NCBI GenBank assembly: GCA_034669905.1
Contig: JAXMOL010000049.1
Span: forward strand, 1 to 56,054
Reading direction: 5' to 3'
DNA length: 56,054 nt
Source: Candidatus Hydrogenedentota bacterium
GTDB taxonomy: Bacteria; Hydrogenedentota; Hydrogenedentia; Hydrogenedentales; JAEUWI01
Position 1 is the stretch's first letter. Each line of letters begins with the position of its first letter. Shown here piece after piece: positions 11,615 to 20,537 of this stretch. Below the pieces are notes generated by a model. That model saw only the letters and a program-made list of their open reading frames with translations. It was not told the origin of the DNA and ran no database searches. The position numbers and the translations under genes were made by a program.

Positions 11615-13792
11615 TTAGCGCGCGTTGCGCAGGCGCTCGGACAACAGGGTGTTGCGGTGGGAGAGGCGGCTGTTGTTGACCGCCATGTTGACGGCCTTTT
11701 CATCGCCCACGACGACCACGAGTTGCTTGCCCCGGGTGATGGCCGTGTAGAGTACGTTGCGCTGGAGCATCATGTAGTGCTGGCTGAGCATGGGGATGAC
11801 GACGGCGGGGTGTTCGCTGCCCTGGGACTTGTGCACGGTCATGGCATAGGCCAGGCCGAGATCATCAAGGTCATCAAAGCCATAGAGGATGCGTCGTTGA
11901 TCTTCATAGGCGACCTCGACCTCTTTGGCCACCGTATCGACGCGGGTAATGACGCCCACATCGCCGTTGTAGACATCCAACTCATAATTGTTGCGGAGCT
12001 GCATGACCTTGTCGCCTTCGCGGAGATCCCGTTTGGCGATGGGCTTGCCCTCGGGATTCATGGCGGCCTGCAGGGCTTCGTTGATGCGAATCATCCCCGT
12101 TTCGCCCCGGCGCAGGGGACTCAGGACCTGGATGTCGTGGATAGGGTCGAGCCCGAACTTTTTGGGCAGGCGATTGGTCACTACTTCCACAATGGTCTCC
12201 AGGGCACGGGCCGGGTCAGGCCGGTCGATGACAAAGAAATCCTCCGTGTTGAACTGGGGGTGCTGCCCCGTGTTGATACGGTGGGCATTGACCACGATGC
12301 CGCTCTGCTCTGCCTGACGGAAGATGGTTTGCAGCCGCACGACCGGGATAACCTGGCTTGCGATAATATCCATCAACACATTGCCGGCCCCCACGGAAGG
12401 GAGCTGGTCGATGTCGCCGACGAGGATGAGGCGCGCGAAGGGGGGGAGTGCCTTGACCAGGGAAAACATGAGTTGCATGTCGAGCATGGACGCTTCGTCA
12501 ATGATGACGAGGTCCGTGAGCAAGGGGTCGCTTTCATCCCGTGCGAAGCCGCCAAATTTCGGACTGAACTCGAGGAGACGGTGGATGGTCCGCGACTCCC
12601 GGTCGGTAGCTTCTTCCATCCGTTTGGCCGCACGCCCGGTGGGTGCGGCCAGCAGATAGGAAACGCTTTTCTTGTCGAGTATGGAGAGGAGGCTGTTGAT
12701 CACGGTGGTCTTGCCGGTGCCCGGGCCGCCCGTGATGACCATCACTTTCGATTGCAGGCCCGTGCGAATGGCTTCCTGTTGTTCCTCGGCCAGTTCGATA
12801 GCGAGTTTTTTCTGCACCCACTTCAGGGCATTTTCCATACTCAGGATTTCGATGCTTTCCGAAGGCGTGCTGATGAGGCGCTTGAGATAGTCCGCCGTGC
12901 CGACTTCCGCCTGGTGGGCCTTGGGCGTATAGCAGGCATCCTGATCGCGGATGATTTTGGCGCCGAGGATGGCCCGGTCCAGGGCGGCGGCCATGGGTTC
13001 GGGGCCAATGTCGAGGAGGCGGACCGATTCTTCCAGCAGCTCGGTGGCGGGCAAAAAGAGGTGGCCATGGACGGTGGCCTGCTGCAGCACGTGGGCGACC
13101 CCGGCCTCCAGGCGTTCATCGGCATCTTTGGCAATGCCCATTTCCATGGCGATCTTGTCGGCGCCCTTGAAGGAAATGCCGCTGATGTCCTCGGCCAACT
13201 GGTAGGGGTTGTTGCGCAAGATGGCCATGGCGCCGTCGCCGTATTGCTGGTAGATCTTGACCGACTGGGAGGCCGTGATGCCATGGCCCTGGAGGAAGAT
13301 CATGATGGACTGGACCGCACGCTGCTCGGCCCACCCCTCGCGGATTTGGGCGGCTCGTTTTTTCCCAATGCCGGGCACGTCGCGGAGGCGGTGGGGCTCT
13401 TCGTCGATGACGCGGAGGGTGTCCGTGCCAAAGCTTTCTACGAGGCGCTTGGCGTAGGTGGGGCCGATGCCTTCGATAAGGCCCGAGGCGAGGTAGTTTT
13501 CGATGCCCGCGACGGTTGAGGGCACGACGCTTTCGAAATTCTCTACCCGGAGTTGACGGCCAAACTTCTTGTCTTCCACCCACTGGCCGGTGAGACGCAC
13601 CATTTCGCCTTCGGAAACCGCCAGCAGATTGCCCACGAAGGTAACGAGGTCCACCTGGCCTTCCACTTCGAGGCGGGCCACCATGAAGCCCGTTTCCGCA
13701 CTTTCGAAGACGATACGTTTTACCGTGCCTTCCAGGTGGACGGGCGGGGTCAGATTGCCCTGGGTGGTTTCCGAGCTACGGGGGAATGTCAT
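11615..13792 (-). CDS. recD2: ATP-dependent RecD-like DNA helicase (RecD2, SF1B)
   Basis: N-terminal OB and HhH regions (GIGPTYA, VPGIGKKRA); Walker A TGGPGTGKTT; DEASM; GDIDQLPSVG; YAMTVHKSQGSE. Confidence 0.95.
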   Translation of the reverse strand: MTFPRSSETTQGNLTPPVHLEGTVKRIVFESAETGFMVARLEVEGQVDLVTFVGNLLAVSEGEMVRLTGQWVEDKKFGRQLRVENFESVVPSTVAGIENYLASGLIEGIGPTYAKRLVESFGTDTLRVIDEEPHRLRDVPGIGKKRAAQIREGWAEQRAVQSIMIFLQGHGITASQSVKIYQQYGDGAMAILRNNPYQLAEDISGISFKGADKIAMEMGIAKDADERLEAGVAHVLQQATVHGHLFLPATELLEESVRLLDIGPEPMAAALDRAILGAKIIRDQDACYTPKAHQAEVGTADYLKRLISTPSESIEILSMENALKWVQKKLAIELAEEQQEAIRTGLQSKVMVITGGPGTGKTTVINSLLSILDKKSVSYLLAAPTGRAAKRMEEATDRESRTIHRLLEFSPKFGGFARDESDPLLTDLVIIDEASMLDMQLMFSLVKALPPFARLILVGDIDQLPSVGAGNVLMDIIASQVIPVVRLQTIFRQAEQSGIVVNAHRINTGQHPQFNTEDFFVIDRPDPARALETIVEVVTNRLPKKFGLDPIHDIQVLSPLRRGETGMIRINEALQAAMNPEGKPIAKRDLREGDKVMQLRNNYELDVYNGDVGVITRVDTVAKEVEVAYEDQRRILYGFDDLDDLGLAYAMTVHKSQGSEHPAVVIPMLSQHYMMLQRNVLYTAITRGKQLVVVVGDEKAVNMAVNNSRLSHRNTLLSERLRNAR

Positions 13793-13986
13793 GGGCGCCT
13801 ACCCAGGGTTGCAGGTTGAAGAATGGGGAACGTGATAGATCCCGAATAAACGTTTGGGTGCCGCGGGCGGCTTTAAGGGTATGTCCCCTCGGGAACGGGG
13901 CGGACATCCCCCCACAAACTCCGCCGGGGACCGGCTTCGTGTGTAGGTGGCACCCGAAGTGGGCCCACGTAAGCGCAACCCTTCGA

Positions 13987-14706
13987 TCACAGCGGGCTGC
14001 TCTCGAAACGGCGGATATGAATGATATCGGTCGTGGCCCGTTTACTTTGTGTGGCCAGAAAGAGGGCCGTATGGGCCACGTCTTCCGGGAGCATCCAGTC
14101 CGTCTTGTCGCGGTCGGGCATGGCTTCCTGGGCGAGGCGGGTTACCACGCCCCCCGGACAAATGGCGTGGACGCCGATGCCATGGGGCTGAAGCTCCAGG
14201 GCGAGGGTCTTGGTGAGGCCATTCACGCCATGCTTCGCCGCGCAGTAGGCACTCTGCTCCGCAATGGGCTTGAGTCCCGATACGCTGGAAATGTTGATGA
14301 TCTTTCCTGCGCCACGGACAATCATGCCTGGCAATACCGCCTGGGTGCAGAGGAAGGTGCCCGTAAGGTTGACCGCCATGGTGGACTCCCACTCTGCGAG
14401 GCTCAATTCCATAAAGGGTTTGAAACAGGCCACACCGGCGTTGTTCACCAGGATGTCAATGGGTCCCAGGGTTTCGATGGCGAGCCCAACCGCCTTCCGG
14501 ACCGATTCGGCGTCGGCCACATCGCAGGGAATGGCGACGCCCCGGCATCCCCGGGCTTCTACGTGGGCGATGGTTTCGTCAATCTCTTCGGGGCTCCGCG
14601 CCAGGGCTGCGATATGGCACCCCTGGTCGGCGAAGTGTTCGGCGATGGCCCGGCCAATGCCTCGGCCGGCCCCGGTGATAATGGCGACCTTATTCTTAAG
14701 CATCAT
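13987..14706 (-). CDS. SDR family NAD(P)-dependent oxidoreductase
   Basis: TGAGRGIG, NNAG and YCAAK motifs. Confidence 0.92.
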   Translation of the reverse strand: MMLKNKVAIITGAGRGIGRAIAEHFADQGCHIAALARSPEEIDETIAHVEARGCRGVAIPCDVADAESVRKAVGLAIETLGPIDILVNNAGVACFKPFMELSLAEWESTMAVNLTGTFLCTQAVLPGMIVRGAGKIINISSVSGLKPIAEQSAYCAAKHGVNGLTKTLALELQPHGIGVHAICPGGVVTRLAQEAMPDRDKTDWMLPEDVAHTALFLATQSKRATTDIIHIRRFESSPL

Positions 14707-16333
14707 GGATTTTTGTTCCTTGGGCAACCATGTCGGCGACCGTGGCATTCAGGTAGTCCGAGTCGGCCGTATCGAGTCCCGTATAGAGCGAACCGTATCG
14801 TGATTCGCCGCGAAGTTCTGAGGGGTCTTCGCCATTTTCGCGTAGTGCGGTGACCACATCACGTATCTGAATCTTGTCGGCGGCCTTGCTGGGCTGATAG
14901 GTCACCGGATCGGTGGAACACACCGTAACGAGATGGGATTCCACGAGGATGTCGAGGGCCTCATTGATCAGGCGGGAGGGGACGTTCCAGGCTTCGGCGA
15001 GTTCCACCACCGAAAAGGCACTTTCGCCCTCGCCAAAGCGACGGGCCATCTCCACCATGACGCGGACGGCCACAGCTTCGCGGTAGGCATAGCTGGCTTT
15101 ACTCGCCAGGCGCTCCAGCGCGAAGGTTTTTTCGTTCTGGTAGGCAAAGGTGACCAGGGCGCCAAAGAGCAGGATGAGCCAGCTCGTGTAGATCCACGCG
15201 AGCAGCATGGGGAAGAGGGCGAAGGCGGAAAAGAAAAAGGTGTATTTCGCCAGCCCAACGTTGAAGGTGACATAGGCCCAGGCCGTCAGCGTCCAGGCGA
15301 TGCCTGCCATGAGTCCGCCAATCATGGCGCACTTGGGCCGCACGCTCGTGTTGGGGACGAGATAGTAGAGCAGCGCGAAGGTGAGCGAAATGATCATCAC
15401 CTGGCTACCCCGCAACACGATCGAGAAATTGCCCAGGGAGTCGTTGGTAGTGAGGGCGGCGGTAATGCCTAACATGCCCGCCGCTACAATGGGAAGGAGC
15501 AGGGTGATCATGAGGTAGTCACTGAAGGTGCGCAGTAGATTCCGTGTCTCCGTAACGCCCCAGATGCGATTGAAGGACCACTCCACGTTGCGCATGAGTC
15601 CCAGCACCGTAATGAGAATATACATGAGGCCCGTGAGGCCCAGGGTCTTGATGTCGGTGGCCTTGCCCTCGACCAGTCCGACCAGGAAATTTACCGGGTC
15701 TTCCAGATCCTGATCGTCGGACCCGAAGGAGGGCAGGATGGTGCGCAGGATATCGTTGGCCAACTGCTTGTCGGATTCCGTCGGAGTGGCATCCACGACT
15801 TCGACCACGGGCGCGGGTTCGCCCTCATCTTCCGGGGGCTCGGACGTCTCAACGGTGGCGGTCGCCGAATCCGTGGACGGATCTTCCACGACGACAAGCA
15901 CCTCGGCTTCCGGCTCTGATTCCGTTTCGGGAACAGTCTCCTCGGTGGTGGCAGGGTCCGATGGGGGCGCTTCCTTAGGTTCCTGGGAACCTTTCACGAC
16001 CACCACGACCTGGTCAATGCGCTGGTCTACCCAGCCTGAAATCTTGTCATAGATGTGGTCACCCAGATGGAAGGTCTGGATAAAGGAAAACATGAAGACC
16101 AGAAATGGCACGATGAAAAGCAGGGTGGTAAAGGTCAATGCCGAAGCCCGCAGGAGGAGGGTTTCTTCCATCAATCCGCGGACGAGCAGAATCCCCACCC
16201 GCAGCTGTTTGATGAAGAAGCCGGCGGGAATGGTTTCACCTGGTTTCCCGATGTGCCAGATATCGTGGCGAAGGAACTGTTGCCCGCGTTCCAGCGCCGC
16301 CTTACTTCGTTGGATATAGCCTTTAATGTCCAT
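14696..16333 (-). CDS. YihY/BrkB family membrane protein with an acidic insertion and a C-terminal winged-helix-like domain
   Basis: RASALTFTTLLFIVP, VEWSFNRIWGV, LYYLVPNT and WIYTSWLILLFGA motifs. Confidence 0.88.
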   Translation of the reverse strand: MDIKGYIQRSKAALERGQQFLRHDIWHIGKPGETIPAGFFIKQLRVGILLVRGLMEETLLLRASALTFTTLLFIVPFLVFMFSFIQTFHLGDHIYDKISGWVDQRIDQVVVVVKGSQEPKEAPPSDPATTEETVPETESEPEAEVLVVVEDPSTDSATATVETSEPPEDEGEPAPVVEVVDATPTESDKQLANDILRTILPSFGSDDQDLEDPVNFLVGLVEGKATDIKTLGLTGLMYILITVLGLMRNVEWSFNRIWGVTETRNLLRTFSDYLMITLLLPIVAAGMLGITAALTTNDSLGNFSIVLRGSQVMIISLTFALLYYLVPNTSVRPKCAMIGGLMAGIAWTLTAWAYVTFNVGLAKYTFFFSAFALFPMLLAWIYTSWLILLFGALVTFAYQNEKTFALERLASKASYAYREAVAVRVMVEMARRFGEGESAFSVVELAEAWNVPSRLINEALDILVESHLVTVCSTDPVTYQPSKAADKIQIRDVVTALRENGEDPSELRGESRYGSLYTGLDTADSDYLNATVADMVAQGTKIHDA

Positions 16334-16399
16334 CGGGCTATGCTATAGGGCGTTGGGTGCGGATGGCAACTTGGTGTAGCGGGGCGTTTGGCAGGGATA

Positions 16400-17950
16400 T
16401 CAGAGTGCGCGGATGTGTACCGGCGTTCCGGGGTCTACCAGGGTGAAGAGTTCTTCCACGTCTTCAGGACGCATGCGGATGCAGCCGCGGCTGAGATTTT
16501 CCCCGATAGACGCCGTATCATCGGTGCCGTGGATACCCAGGGGCGTCGGTCCCTCTTCGTCGGAAAGGCCCATCCACCGGCTTCCGAGTTCGTTGTCGGG
16601 ATCGCCAGCCTTGATGACATCCCCGCCGTTGTACCAATCGGGATCCTTGATCTTGTTGGTGATGCGAAACTGGCCATGGGGCGTTTTGCCGTCGAATCCC
16701 AGGCCCACAGGATAGACGGCCTTGATGGCATTGTCCTCGAGCACCGTCAGGAGATGGCGGTTGGTGTCGACTTCTATTTTGAGGCGGGGTGCCGCCGTGC
16801 CTTCCACCGGGGCATCGGGGTTGGCCTCGCCATCAGCGGAAGGCCCACCCTGCCCCATTGCTTCGGGTTGCCGGTGGAAGGTGAAGGCGTTGACCAGGGG
16901 CATACGGGACGCATTGGTTTCGGGGGTATTGTAGAGGCCCTCGAGGAAGGCGGCTTTCAGGGCCAGCCACGGGTCCGGAACGAATTGGGGGTCGGTGACC
17001 GGTGCTTCCAGTTTGGCAATGGCCTCCTCTGTGTTGCCCGCCATGGCCAGGGCCTGGGCTTCGCCCAACTCGGCGATAAAACGTTGCATGGGCGTCAGTT
17101 CGGGGGCGGCGAGGGCCGCTGTAAATGCCTGCTGGGCGGCCGGCGCTTTTCCCTGTACCAGCAGATAGCCACCCCGATTGATGTAGTAGGCCGGTCCCTC
17201 TGATTCGATGGCCGCGAGACGGCGATCCAGGGGGTTGGACGGGCGGTCGATGGGTGGGCTGGCTTCCGGGGTCACCACGACGGGGGGCGGCGAAGGCGCT
17301 TCATTTCCGTCTGTGGCCCCACGAAAGGTGTTCAGTCCCCAGTAGAGGCCCGTGGCCAGGGGAACGAGCGTTGCGGGAAGGAGGAAGAGCAGCAGGGCGG
17401 CCAGCAGGAGTTTTCGCCAGGAGCGCCGGGGTTTGTTGGTGGTGACGGAGCGCGGTCGTGGTGTCATCTTCTCGCTGGCGAGCTTCCGGGAGGCGATACG
17501 TGCGGCCCCGCTCAATTCCAGGCTTACGGCCGGTTCCATGGCATCCAATTGACGCTGGATGGAGCCCGCCAGATCCTGGGCTTCCCCACTCGTGGCGGGA
17601 CGGAGCCGCGCCCCGGTGTTTTCGGTTGCGGGTATAAGTTGTAGGAAACGCACTCCCATGGCGTAGCCTTTGCCCGCGCCCAGGGCTTCGACCCGGGCCA
17701 CTTCGCCTTTGACCAGAATGACGTTGCCGGGTTGGGGGGCGCCCTCGGGGTGGAGTTCTAATTCCAGGTGCCGACCGACCAATTCCGGTTGGGTCGTATG
17801 TATTTGAATGCCCCCGGCGCTGATATCCACCGCCTGGCCCTGGCGCAGGAGGCCGTCCCCCCGGGTGCCGGCAAACAGAACAGGCCGAGATACCGCCGCG
17901 CGGGCGGAGCGACGTCGGTCGTCTGTGGGATAGGTGGGCGGCGTTGCCAT
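16400..17950 (-). CDS. PilZ domain - TM helix - L,D-transpeptidase (YkuD) fusion protein
   Basis: N-terminal DRRRSAR (RxxxR) and DISAGG (DxSxxG); TM LLLAALLLFLLPATLV; C-terminal YPVGLG..TPHG.F.I, LGSRWMGL and GIHGT...SRGCIRM. Confidence 0.88.
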   Translation of the reverse strand: MATPPTYPTDDRRRSARAAVSRPVLFAGTRGDGLLRQGQAVDISAGGIQIHTTQPELVGRHLELELHPEGAPQPGNVILVKGEVARVEALGAGKGYAMGVRFLQLIPATENTGARLRPATSGEAQDLAGSIQRQLDAMEPAVSLELSGAARIASRKLASEKMTPRPRSVTTNKPRRSWRKLLLAALLLFLLPATLVPLATGLYWGLNTFRGATDGNEAPSPPPVVVTPEASPPIDRPSNPLDRRLAAIESEGPAYYINRGGYLLVQGKAPAAQQAFTAALAAPELTPMQRFIAELGEAQALAMAGNTEEAIAKLEAPVTDPQFVPDPWLALKAAFLEGLYNTPETNASRMPLVNAFTFHRQPEAMGQGGPSADGEANPDAPVEGTAAPRLKIEVDTNRHLLTVLEDNAIKAVYPVGLGFDGKTPHGQFRITNKIKDPDWYNGGDVIKAGDPDNELGSRWMGLSDEEGPTPLGIHGTDDTASIGENLSRGCIRMRPEDVEELFTLVDPGTPVHIRAL

Positions 17951-18194
17951 GACAAACTCCGGTTAGGGCATAGGTGGTGGTCTTACGGGAGATCCCTGTA
18001 CGAAGTATACCATGGGTGCGGTTGTTGCCAATTCTTCCCTACCCGTGACGGCGTGGGGGTGCCGTGCTGCCCGCCCCCTGAGCAAGCCGCTGGCGTGGAC
18101 AATGTGTCGCGGGTCGGCGCAGGGCGGTAACACCAACGACACTGTTTTTACAGGGCAAAATGGTCCCGGTGCCCAAGGGAGCCGGGCCTGTCTG

Positions 18195-18223
18195 TTGAAG
18201 CATGGCGAAGGAGCGACTATAAT
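18195..18223 (+). promoter_or_regulatory. Sigma-70 promoter of MshEN protein 1
   Basis: TTGAAG-N17-TATAAT. Confidence 0.7.
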
Positions 18224-18266
18224 CGACCTTCCAGTGCAACGAATATCTGCCACCTATCGAGACCCC

Positions 18267-19316
18267 ATGAATCCCCAAGAAACACCCCTTGATTTGGAAA
18301 CCGCACGGGCCATGCACAAGCTGCGGGCGTCGGCGCTATACGAGCGTGTGGCAACGGCTATGGATAGCCTGGGCGTATTGCGGGGCACGCTCCTCGCCAT
18401 CGCGTCTACCCGTATGGCGCCTACCGATTCCGAAGGGGTGCCGACCACCGAGGAGACCGCCTTCGCAACCTGGACGGCCCTGGAAGCGGCGGTGGCTGGT
18501 CTGGAGTCTGTCGCGGAGCGCGTCCGTGAGCAGGGAGATGCCCTGGCCGCCACCTATCGTGATGTTTCCGGGACGGGTATGGCGGCCGCGCCCAGCGATA
18601 CTTCCCGGGATAATCTGGCGCGGCTGATTCAACAGCAACGGGCGTCACTCATGGCCCTGAATCAGCAAATCGATTCCGCAGAATCGACCCTGCGTGATGC
18701 CTCCGACAACGCGCTTCGCCTATTGGATGGGAAAGGGAGGTCCGAAGAAGAATTGCGGTCGGGGGCGGTCGAACTTCAGGATGTAAACGAGTTTCTCCAG
18801 CAATCTCCCCTCGCGTCTGTGCCGGTCAACGCCACCTATTTTCAACGCATTCTGGAGGCCGCCCGCTCGAAAGAAGGGCACAAGCGTCCCATGGGAGCCA
18901 TCCTGAAAGCGGCAGGTCTTATTACCGCGCGGCAATTAGAAAAGGCGCTGGCCAGACAGAAAAAAGGGAAGAAGCGTCCCCTCGGTGCCCTGCTGGTGGA
19001 TCTTGGATACACGACCGACGTGGCGATTGCACAGACCATCGCTGCCCAACTGGCGTTGCCCTTTATTGTGCTCGCGAAGGAGACGGTGCGTGCTGAGGCG
19101 TTGGCAGCCATTCCCTTGCACCTGGCCCGCCGTCATTGTTGTTTTCCCATGCAGATCTACGAAGGGTCTATAACGGTGGCCATGGCAAACCCGTTGGACC
19201 TCATCGCCCTCGAAGATCTCCGGCTGGCGTCTGGAAAACATGTCCGCCCGGGGGTGGCTTCCCGAGCGGAAATCTCCCGTCATATTGATCGGCACTACGG
19301 GGCTTCGTCCGCTTAG
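18267..19316 (+). CDS. Coiled-coil plus MshEN (GspE/PilB N-terminal) domain protein 1, no ATPase domain
   Basis: Tandem motifs MGAILKAAGLITARQLEKALARQ and LGALLVDLGYTT; VAMANPLDLIALEDL. Start at ATG 18267, downstream of the promoter. Confidence 0.85.
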   Translation: MNPQETPLDLETARAMHKLRASALYERVATAMDSLGVLRGTLLAIASTRMAPTDSEGVPTTEETAFATWTALEAAVAGLESVAERVREQGDALAATYRDVSGTGMAAAPSDTSRDNLARLIQQQRASLMALNQQIDSAESTLRDASDNALRLLDGKGRSEEELRSGAVELQDVNEFLQQSPLASVPVNATYFQRILEAARSKEGHKRPMGAILKAAGLITARQLEKALARQKKGKKRPLGALLVDLGYTTDVAIAQTIAAQLALPFIVLAKETVRAEALAAIPLHLARRHCCFPMQIYEGSITVAMANPLDLIALEDLRLASGKHVRPGVASRAEISRHIDRHYGASSA

Positions 19317-19339
19317 CGGTTCTGCGCCGGCGCGCGTTC

Positions 19340-19368
19340 TTGACGATTCCTGGAATGCTTTCTATAAT
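19340..19368 (+). promoter_or_regulatory. Sigma-70 promoter of MshEN protein 2
   Basis: TTGACG-N17-TATAAT, near consensus. Confidence 0.8.
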
Positions 19369-19493
19369 TCAGAGGTGCCCCTTTCGGGGGCAATCACCCA
19401 TCGGGTCCGCGTGTGATGTCAAAGCAATTGGGTTGTTTTGGCGTGGTTGCGGCGGGGCCCAACGTTGCACCCTGTGCAGGAAGGGGGCCGGAA

Positions 19494-20537
19494 TTGTCTG
19501 AGACTACCGAAGAATTATGCAGTCGTCTGGGGGCCTTGATTGACGATTGGAACAGTCAGTTTTCCCAATCGCACACGGCGCTGACCGAGCAGGTCGTTTC
19601 TGCGCGCACCCATCTGGAGCGCCTGGCACAATCCTCGGGCGAAGAGGTAATCAGTCCGGACGTGGCGGCCGGGGAATCCGCCATGGTATCGGCCCTTCGA
19701 GAGGAGAATGCCGCGCTGAAAGCGGCCTTGCTCCAGGCCCAATCATCGGATCCGCCGCTCGTCGGGGGCACTTCGCCCGATGGGGAAGCGGCGCCCACGG
19801 GGGCAACTGCCGATGAACTGCAGGCCCTTTCCGACCAGTTGGCCCACGCGACACTGGAAGTGGAGCGCCTGACGGAGGTGCTGGCGGCCCGCGAAGAGGA
19901 ATTGGCAGCGTTGCGCGCCGAAACCGAGACGTCCTCTGGGGATAGGAGTGGGTTGGAAGAAGCCCATGCGGCCTTGCAGGCGACCCACGCGGAAACCCTG
20001 GAGCGCGTGCGCGAGTTGGAGGCGTCTCATGAGCAGCTTCAGGAGGTATCCGCACTCCATGCCGAAGGTACCGTTCACATTAAGGCCTTTGACAGCCAGG
20101 GGCACAAGAAACGGATGGGCGAAATCCTGCTGGAATTGGGGGTGCTGGATGAGGAGCAGCTTAAGGGCATCCTGAAGGAGCAGAGTCTGGAGCCCCAACA
20201 CCGACTGGGGGCCCTGGTGGTGGCCCATGGCTACACGGGCGAGGACATCGTTGCCAAGATCCTGGCGGCCCAATTGCGCCTTCCCTACGTGGATGTGCGC
20301 GACGAAGCGGTGGAATCGGAAGCGATTGCCTTGGTCAGTGCCCACGTCACCCAGTTGCACCATTGTCTTCCGCTGAAAGAAGCGGACGGGATCCTGACGG
20401 TGGCCATGGTCAACCCCCTGGATCTTATTGCCATCGAAGATCTTGAACTGGCGAGTCAACGGCGCGTATCCCCCGTGGTCTCCACCCGCCCGCAGATCGA
20501 GGCCCGGTTGACAGAATTCTACGGCAACTCAGATTAG
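19494..20537 (+). CDS. Coiled-coil plus MshEN domain protein 2, no ATPase domain
   Basis: RMGEILLELGVLDEEQLKGILKEQ and RLGALVVAHGYT; VAMVNPLDLIAIEDL. TTG start chosen from the AGGAAGGGGG RBS. Confidence 0.85.
   Translation: MSETTEELCSRLGALIDDWNSQFSQSHTALTEQVVSARTHLERLAQSSGEEVISPDVAAGESAMVSALREENAALKAALLQAQSSDPPLVGGTSPDGEAAPTGATADELQALSDQLAHATLEVERLTEVLAAREEELAALRAETETSSGDRSGLEEAHAALQATHAETLERVRELEASHEQLQEVSALHAEGTVHIKAFDSQGHKKRMGEILLELGVLDEEQLKGILKEQSLEPQHRLGALVVAHGYTGEDIVAKILAAQLRLPYVDVRDEAVESEAIALVSAHVTQLHHCLPLKEADGILTVAMVNPLDLIAIEDLELASQRRVSPVVSTRPQIEARLTEFYGNSD

Noticed and set aside
11549..13519. 656-aa plus-strand ORF, and similar long antisense ORFs such as 5951-7228, 28921-30333 and 38790-40094
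   Set aside because: They are mirror frames of well-supported genes on the opposite strand, expected from high-GC codon bias, and carry no recognisable motifs.
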